DNA of 64,000 bases from Bacteroidota bacterium (GTDB lineage: Bacteria; Bacteroidota; Bacteroidia; Bacteroidales; ML635J-15), in the NCBI GenBank assembly GCA_051747965.1, contig JBNJGS010000007.1:2042-66041 (forward strand), in the 5' to 3' direction. Of the stretch, positions 58,456 through 64,000 are shown one piece after another; within the stretch, counting starts at the first letter, position 1; each line of letters starts with the position of its first letter. The notes below the pieces were generated by a model that saw only the letters and a program-made list of their open reading frames with translations, did not search any database and was not told where the DNA came from. Position numbers and translations under genes: made by a program.

Positions 58456-59106
58456 ATGAATAACACCTTACTGATCATCCCAACTGTCTTTGAGGCAGAA
58501 AGAATCATTGACAGCAATATGGCGGTTCAGCAGTCAGACAAGCTTTACAGCCTGCCTGCACTGAACACTGATCTTCTGATTTGCGGTCCGGGTCTGCCGG
58601 CAAGTTTGCTCCATACCAGCAGACAGCTTTGCCGGCATGAAACTTACGATTTTCTGATAATGGCCGGAATAGCAGGCAGCTACACCAGCAACCTCAAAGC
58701 TGGCGCGCTGGTTGTTGTGGAAACTGAAAAATTTGCCGATATCGGATATCTGAACAAGAATCATTTCACATCCCTTGCCGGTGGAAAAGGCTGGGAAGAT
58801 TATCGCCGCGGGGTGCTGATCAACGAGTACCAGGTATTGCGTCATGAAACCGGCCTGCCCAATGTCAGTTCCAATACGGTAAATGTCAACAACCTCAGGC
58901 TGGAGGGCATGCCGTCTGCCGATATTGAAAACATGGAAGGAGCCGGCTTTTTCATGCTGGCCAAAGAAGAAAAGATTCCTTATCTTGAGATACGTGCCAT
59001 TTCAAATCCTGTGACAGAGCGGGACAAAGACAAGTGGGAAACCGGCATAGCATTGGGAAAGCTTAGCTGGTTCCTGAACAATTACCTCAAAAACAAACCT
59101 CTATGA
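58456..59106 (+). CDS. mqnB: Futalosine hydrolase (PNP/UDP phosphorylase fold)
   Basis: GIAGS, ENMEGAGFF and EIRAISN motifs of the MTAN/futalosine hydrolase family; 216 aa; 4-nt overlap with the mqnD-like gene. Confidence 0.8.
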   Translation: MNNTLLIIPTVFEAERIIDSNMAVQQSDKLYSLPALNTDLLICGPGLPASLLHTSRQLCRHETYDFLIMAGIAGSYTSNLKAGALVVVETEKFADIGYLNKNHFTSLAGGKGWEDYRRGVLINEYQVLRHETGLPNVSSNTVNVNNLRLEGMPSADIENMEGAGFFMLAKEEKIPYLEIRAISNPVTERDKDKWETGIALGKLSWFLNNYLKNKPL

Positions 59107-59894
59107 GCAAACTGAGTCTGAGTATTTCTTCCTGTCCCAATGATACTTTCATGTTTGCCGATTTCGTGGAGCAATATGCACATGAAATCGAGCTTCGCAT
59201 CGAAGACATTGAAACCCTCAATACCCTGGCAATGCATGAAGAAAGCGATATCACCAAATTATCCTATCATGTGTGGTTAAAACTGCGGGATAAATACGAC
59301 CTGCTCAACAGCGGTGCAGCCATGGGAGAAAATTGCGGCCCTATACTTATATCGAAACACAAGGCTTATCCGGATGAAGTGCCGGAGATGACAATAGCCA
59401 TCCCCGGAAAAATGACTACAGCCAGTTTGCTGCTGGACATTTTTTATCCGCAGGTGAAAGCAAAAAAGGTATCTGTTTTTTCGGATATTGAGGAAGCTGT
59501 GCTGGATGGTGAAGTGGATGCCGGACTGATTATTCACGAAAGCCGCTTTACCTACAAAGACAAAGGCCTGAAAAAAATTGTGGATCTGGGTGAATTGTGG
59601 GAATCCAGGTACAATCTGCCCACCCCCCTTGGCGGGATTGCCATACACAAACGAGTACCGGAAGCCAAAAAACATGAAATCGACCAGGCACTTCATCAAA
59701 GCATTAAAAAAGCATTTGCACAACCGGAATCAGCCATGCCATTTGTTCGCAAACATGCCCAGGAAATGGATGATGCTGTGATGAAGAAGCATATTGATCT
59801 GTATGTGAATAAATATTCGCTTGGAGAAGATGAGGCTGTCAGGAAATCCATTGAACGGCTGCAGGAAGAAGCTGAGGAAAAAGGAATTGTTTAA
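59103..59894 (+). CDS. mqnD: 1,4-dihydroxy-6-naphthoate synthase (VitK2 biosynthesis family)
   Basis: N-terminal LSISSCPNDTFMF motif, which I associate with MqnD rather than MqnA; 263 aa. Confidence 0.75.
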   Translation: MSKLSLSISSCPNDTFMFADFVEQYAHEIELRIEDIETLNTLAMHEESDITKLSYHVWLKLRDKYDLLNSGAAMGENCGPILISKHKAYPDEVPEMTIAIPGKMTTASLLLDIFYPQVKAKKVSVFSDIEEAVLDGEVDAGLIIHESRFTYKDKGLKKIVDLGELWESRYNLPTPLGGIAIHKRVPEAKKHEIDQALHQSIKKAFAQPESAMPFVRKHAQEMDDAVMKKHIDLYVNKYSLGEDEAVRKSIERLQEEAEEKGIV

Positions 59895-59997
59895 GGTATA
59901 CCTGAGCTTCAGGCTTCTACCCATCACCTCTTTGCAAAAGGTTTTAACATGTACCACAGAAGATTGGAGCGCCCCTGCAGGTCGCAGCGCGTGATTT

Positions 59998-61983
59998 TTA
60001 GCGCATAATCACAATGCCCTTGTTTTCCACCAGCAGGCGGATGACATTCTGAATTTTGATTTTTTCCTGCATGAGTTTATAAATTTCTTGCTGGGTGGCA
60101 CCGTTCTTCTGAGCTTTTTGGATGCGCTTGTTGGTTTCCTCCTGCGCTTTTTGCATCACCTTGCGTTTGTACTGATGGATCAGATTCGGGAGGAACTCCG
60201 GCAACCTGTCTTCTGGTTTTTCAACAAAAGTTCCCCGCTTTGCCCAGAATTTGTGCAGATAATATTTGGTTGTACACAATTCCGCGGAAATTCTGGCAAT
60301 ATCCGGATCAGGATGTTGAATAAAATGCTGTTTATCAATGTCTTTACCGCTGCTCAGCAAAGCATCAACTTCCTCAAACAATTTATGATACAGCAGATTT
60401 TCAAATTTCAGGGCATCATTTCGTATTTCATTGATGATATACTGAGCCACAGTACGTGCCAAGCCGCTCTCTTCATCTTTTTCAACTTCTTTATTACCAA
60501 ACATCAACAAATGGGAGATGATTTCCTTTTCATGTTCTTCAAAGATGATGTTGGTAACATGGGCAGGTACGGCAGGTGTAGGTGTATTCCGGTTGTGTAG
60601 CTGATTACGTCTGTTCTGTTTTTGTTTATCCCGGAGATTTTTTGCCCGGAATTTCTGCAACTCTGAGTACAGGATATTTTCTCCCATATCCATTTGCTTG
60701 CTGACAGCCTTGATATAAACCGATTGCTTGATATTGTCCTCAAGCATAGAGATTGTACGCACGATGGAGCTGACCATTTCTGCCCGTTTCACCGGATCAC
60801 GCTCGGCTTCTTCCATCAGCAGGTTGGTTTTGAACTGGATAAAATCTTCCTGCTGACTGCCGATATATTTGCGAATTTCGTCGGGTGTATGAGCTTTTGC
60901 AAAGGAATCGGGATCTTCACCATCCGGAAAGATGACTACCTTGACATTCATGTTTTGCTCCAGGATCATATCAATCCCGCGCAGGGAAGCTTTCAGGCCG
61001 GCCGGGTCGCCATCATACAATATGGTAATGTTTTCAGAAAAACGACGAACAAGCCGTATCTGGTCTTCGGTGAGGGATGTTCCGGAAGAGGCCACGACAT
61101 TTTCTATGCCTTTCTGATGCATGGAAATCACATCGGTATAGCCTTCCACCAAAAGACAGGCATCCTGCTGGACAATCGCCCTTTTGGCATGATATATCCC
61201 GTACAGCACCTTGCTTTTGTGATATACTTCGGATTCCGGGGAATTCAGGTATTTGGCGGTTTTTTTATCGGTACTGAGTGTGCGTCCGCCGAAAGCAATG
61301 ACCCTGCCGGAAACAGAATGAATGGGAAACATCACCCTGCCACTGAAACGATCTGCCTGCCAGTCGTTTTTGACGATGGTAAGCCCGGTTTTTTCAAGAA
61401 ACTCAAGTTTGTATCCTTTACCCAGGGCATATGTGGTGAATTCATCTTTTCCTGAAGGACAATAACCAAGATCAAATTTTTCTATCATATGATCGGTAAA
61501 GCCACGCTCCCTCAGATAGCTGAGGCCTTCTGCCCTGCCCTTTTCATCTTCAGTAAGCTGCCTGATAAAGTATTTGCGGGCAAACTCATTGACCACCATC
61601 ATGCTTTCGCGCATGTCACGCTGAGCCAGATCTTCCTCGCTGGGTTTCTGCTCCTCTACCGGAATGTTGTATTTGTTGGCCAGATACTTGAGGGACTCGG
61701 GATAAGACATGTGCTCATGATCCATGACAAATTGCACCACATTGCCTCCCTTGCCGCAGCCAAAGCATTTATAAATTCCCTTACTCGGCGATACATTGAA
61801 CGAGGGTGTCTTTTCATTGTGAAAGGGACACAATCCAAGGTAGTTGGTGCCGCGCCGTTTGAGCTGCACAAAATCGCTGACAACGTCGACTATTTCAGCC
61901 GTGTCGAATATCCGGTCTATGGTTTCTCTGTCAATCATAAGCAGCTTATCAGGAAAAACAAAGGTAGGAATTTCGGTGGACAT
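59998..61983 (-). CDS. dnaG: DNA primase
   Basis: CHC2 zinc finger GLCPFHNEKTPSFNVSPSKGIYKCFGCG, TOPRIM motifs LVEGYTDV and DGDPAG; 661 aa. Confidence 0.95.
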   Translation of the reverse strand: MSTEIPTFVFPDKLLMIDRETIDRIFDTAEIVDVVSDFVQLKRRGTNYLGLCPFHNEKTPSFNVSPSKGIYKCFGCGKGGNVVQFVMDHEHMSYPESLKYLANKYNIPVEEQKPSEEDLAQRDMRESMMVVNEFARKYFIRQLTEDEKGRAEGLSYLRERGFTDHMIEKFDLGYCPSGKDEFTTYALGKGYKLEFLEKTGLTIVKNDWQADRFSGRVMFPIHSVSGRVIAFGGRTLSTDKKTAKYLNSPESEVYHKSKVLYGIYHAKRAIVQQDACLLVEGYTDVISMHQKGIENVVASSGTSLTEDQIRLVRRFSENITILYDGDPAGLKASLRGIDMILEQNMNVKVVIFPDGEDPDSFAKAHTPDEIRKYIGSQQEDFIQFKTNLLMEEAERDPVKRAEMVSSIVRTISMLEDNIKQSVYIKAVSKQMDMGENILYSELQKFRAKNLRDKQKQNRRNQLHNRNTPTPAVPAHVTNIIFEEHEKEIISHLLMFGNKEVEKDEESGLARTVAQYIINEIRNDALKFENLLYHKLFEEVDALLSSGKDIDKQHFIQHPDPDIARISAELCTTKYYLHKFWAKRGTFVEKPEDRLPEFLPNLIHQYKRKVMQKAQEETNKRIQKAQKNGATQQEIYKLMQEKIKIQNVIRLLVENKGIVIMR

Positions 61984-62034
61984 TTTCTGATTTATCTGAG
62001 CAAGTTTTTGTGTGAAATCCGATTACGGTATCCG

Positions 62035-62402
62035 GGTGAGGGTGAGAGAGATGGAGAGAGGGACGGAGGGACAGAGGGACGGAGAGACGGAGGGATTGAG
62101 AGAGGGAGGGATTGAGAGAGAGAGAGGGAGGGATTGAGAGAGAGAGGGAGGGATTTTTGAACACGGATGACACGGATTTTACTGATTAGCACGGATTATA
62201 GCTGTCTGACGACAGCTTTGGTGAGGGTGAGAGAGATGGAGAGAGGGACAGAGGGACGGAGAGACGGAGGGATGGAGAGACGGAGAGACGGAGAGACGGA
62301 GTGACAGAGGGACGGAGAGAGGGAGGGATATTGGAACACGGATGACACGGGTTTTACTGATTAACACGGATTAGCTGTCTGGCGACAGCTTTGGTGAGGG
62401 TG
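62035..62402. repeat. 2.05-copy composite tandem repeat (periods 185 and 173 bp): polypurine block + 3x CACGGAT + 7-bp hairpin
   Basis: Units start with GGTGAGGGTG at 62035, 62220 and 62393. Conserved tails at 62159-62219 and 62333-62392. Hairpins AGCTGTC-TGAC-GACAGCT (62200-62217) and AGCTGTC-TGGC-GACAGCT (62373-62390). Confidence 0.85.
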
Positions 62403-62486
62403 TCCACAGGTTGAATGGAAAGAGGGAATGAACAAAAGAAAATCCCACTTGTAGTATGAATGAATGCGGTAAAATCAAATAAAGCA

Positions 62487-63326
62487 ATGAGTATGAACAG
62501 ATCAAAACTTTTAGTGACAGCATCAACAGGAAACATAGGTTTACCTTTGTCAAAAGCCTTGCATAAGAAAGGAATTCCATTTACGGCGGCAACAAGAAAT
62601 CCTGAAAAAGCATTTGAGAAATTCGGATTTAAAACCGAAACAGTGCATCTCGATTACTCGGAGCCTTCAGGCTTTCCTGCTGCTTTGGAGGGAATTGAAA
62701 CCCTGTTTTTGTGTGGTCCTTCAGCCACACCGGGTGCTGACAAGATGCTGGTGAAGCTGGTGGAAACAGCCATTGATGCGGGTGTAAAACATTTTGTATT
62801 TATTGCCTCCTACCCCAACGTTATGGAAATCATTGAAAACAGCGGCAGGGATTACACATTTTTGCGGGCCAACTTTTTCATGCAAAATTTTGAGATGTAC
62901 CAGCAGGAAGATATCCGGGACAATAACCAACTTTTTCTGCCCACAGGAAAAGGAAAAGCTCCGTACGTGGATACCCTGGACATAGGCGAGGTAGCGGCCG
63001 AAATCATTGAAAATCTGTCTGAATATAAAAAGGAAACCAGATACCTCACGGGTCCTGAAGCACTGGATCTTCATCAGGTTGCCGAAATATTTTCAGATTT
63101 GCTGGGCAAAAAAATCACCTTCAAAGAGCCCGGAGATGAAGCTTATCGTGAGGAAATGAAAAAGCGTGGGTTTACAAACGAGTATATCGATGCCATGATT
63201 GCTGTCTTTGGCAAAATCAAAGAAGGAAAAGTTGCTGAGATGTCGGACTGCATTGAGAAAATACTGGGCCGCAAACCGCGAACACTTGGAGAATACATTA
63301 AGCGGAACAGGGAGCTTTTTACATAA
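62487..63326 (+). CDS. NmrA-family NAD(P)-binding protein
   Basis: KLLVTASTGNIG Rossmann motif near the N-terminus. The start is ambiguous (62460, 62487 or 62493). Confidence 0.8.
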   Translation: MSMNRSKLLVTASTGNIGLPLSKALHKKGIPFTAATRNPEKAFEKFGFKTETVHLDYSEPSGFPAALEGIETLFLCGPSATPGADKMLVKLVETAIDAGVKHFVFIASYPNVMEIIENSGRDYTFLRANFFMQNFEMYQQEDIRDNNQLFLPTGKGKAPYVDTLDIGEVAAEIIENLSEYKKETRYLTGPEALDLHQVAEIFSDLLGKKITFKEPGDEAYREEMKKRGFTNEYIDAMIAVFGKIKEGKVAEMSDCIEKILGRKPRTLGEYIKRNRELFT

Positions 63327-63473
63327 CAGATATAAATCCCAAAAACGGAATTAAGGCCGGCACTTTGGAAATGATCAGGCGCAGAAGATGTGGTGCAGTA
63401 CGTTCATAACGTCTGTTTATCAGGCAATGCTATATCATGATAGTACTCTGATTATCTAAAAAATTCACATACA

Positions 63474-63505
63474 AAAGAGGCCGCCCTTTTGGGACAAGCC
63501 TCTTT
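63474..63505 (-). terminator. Candidate terminator downstream of the last minus-strand gene
   Basis: 8-bp stem AAAGAGGC (63474-63481) / GCCTCTTT (63498-63505) with a 16-nt loop, followed by TTTTG on the minus strand. Confidence 0.5.
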
Positions 63506-63541
63506 CCATGATGTAAACGAATTTCTCAAACAGAAAACAGC

Positions 63542-64000
63542 CTAATTACAATAGTCATTTCCGGCATTTCCATTGTAGGTGACATTGTCTAAGCTAAGGT
63601 TGATGTTTCCACCACCTTCAGCAATACCACAAGCGCCACTGTTGTTGATTTCCACATTGCTCAGATTCAGCAGGACATCGGAGCCATAATAACCGAGGCT
63701 GATGTTTGCCGGGTTATCAAACCAGTGTCCTACAGCCTCCTGCCCGCCATCGGTGATTACGGCATGTTCGATGCTGTTGGCTGTATTGTTGGTATTGAGA
63801 TAAATTCCATTCCATGATCCCTGACCACCGCGGCCACGTATTGTTACTTGTTCACCGGCAGTACCTTTCACTTCAAATGAGGCATTGTATTCATCTACCC
63901 AGAAACCGTAATTCTGGCCGAAACTGATATCGCAACCTTCCATTATCCGAAGCGCTCCTTCATCCGTTTCACCCACGTAAACCAATTCGTTTATGTAAAA
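63542..64000 (-). CDS. C-terminal fragment of a hypothetical secreted repeat (beta-helix-like) protein; the N-terminus is beyond the window end
   Basis: The frame stays open upstream of the track's TTG 'start' (FYINELVYVGE...). Gly/Asn-rich repeats (NLSNVEINNSG, NINLSLDNVTYNGNAGN) are present. Confidence 0.55.
   Translation of the reverse strand, partial: FYINELVYVGETDEGALRIMEGCDISFGQNYGFWVDEYNASFEVKGTAGEQVTIRGRGGQGSWNGIYLNTNNTANSIEHAVITDGGQEAVGHWFDNPANISLGYYGSDVLLNLSNVEINNSGACGIAEGGGNINLSLDNVTYNGNAGNDYCN

Noticed and set aside
60694-62115. Two long plus-strand ORFs (253 aa at 60694-61455 and 208 aa at 61489-62115) antisense to dnaG.
   Set aside because: The opposite strand encodes an unmistakable DnaG (CHC2 zinc finger, TOPRIM). 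The antisense translations are low-complexity with no recognisable motifs, and the second runs into the polypurine repeat. These are shadow ORFs.
61992-62367. Two tandem minus-strand ORFs that both start MLISK(I/T)RVIRV and continue as Ser/Pro/Leu-rich repeats (66 and 62 aa); possible repeated peptide genes.
   Set aside because: Their similarity is simply the DNA tandem repeat read in one frame. The S/P/L-rich body is the translation of the CT-rich strand of the polypurine block. The two copies differ by indels that would not preserve a peptide. With no supporting evidence I treat them as non-coding.
62035-62402. CRISPR array.
   Set aside because: There are only about two units of ~180 bp, with no alternation of short conserved repeats and unique spacers of uniform size. 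No cas genes are in the window.
1-64000. Prophage, integrative element, IS or defence island (for example next to tRNA-Ser).
   Set aside because: I recognised no integrase, transposase, recombinase, phage structural, restriction, toxin-antitoxin or cas-like gene. I saw no repeat of the tRNA 3' end that would mark an att site.

Overview
This 64-kb window reads as core chromosome of a Bacteroidota bacterium that carries a type IX secretion (T9SS) / gliding apparatus. The evidence is the gene content (porP-gldK-gldL-gldM-gldN, sprE/porW, porX), several T9SS cargo proteins with type A or type B C-terminal sorting domains, TAnnTTTG-type promoter boxes, and gene orders typical of the phylum such as panC | glgA-like - DUF4270 - glmS.

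I can support about 55 protein-coding genes, one tRNA-Ser(GGA), one gene remnant, several rho-independent terminators and three unusual non-coding repeat structures. The housekeeping genes are aspC-like, gdhA, dprA, topA, PBP1A, radA, panCD, glmS, tsaE, fabD, folE, dnaG, crcB, mqnB/mqnD and an exbB-exbD cluster. I saw no transposase, integrase, phage, CRISPR-cas or recognisable defence genes, so this is not an obvious accessory island.

I did not find a clear-cut new protein-coding system. The signals that ordinary annotation does not explain are:
1. A composite tandem repeat between dnaG and an NmrA-like gene (62035-62402): polypurine/G-tract block, triple CACGGAT and a conserved hairpin.
2. 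A 760-bp gene-free, hairpin-dense island upstream of crcB (53788-54547).
3. An SDR gene tail lying in frame just after the stop codon of a T9SS cargo gene (56660-56815).
4. A PafA/NPP-like alkaline-phosphatase homolog next to crcB whose catalytic residues appear substituted.
5. A seven-gene run with no spacers: MlaE-MlaF-DUF4296-Zn-ribbon membrane protein-amidohydrolase-radical SAM-glycosyltransferase.
6. A 1519-aa T9SS type-B adhesin translationally coupled to a small secreted ORF.

All product calls come from motifs read by eye in the supplied translations. No database search was run.
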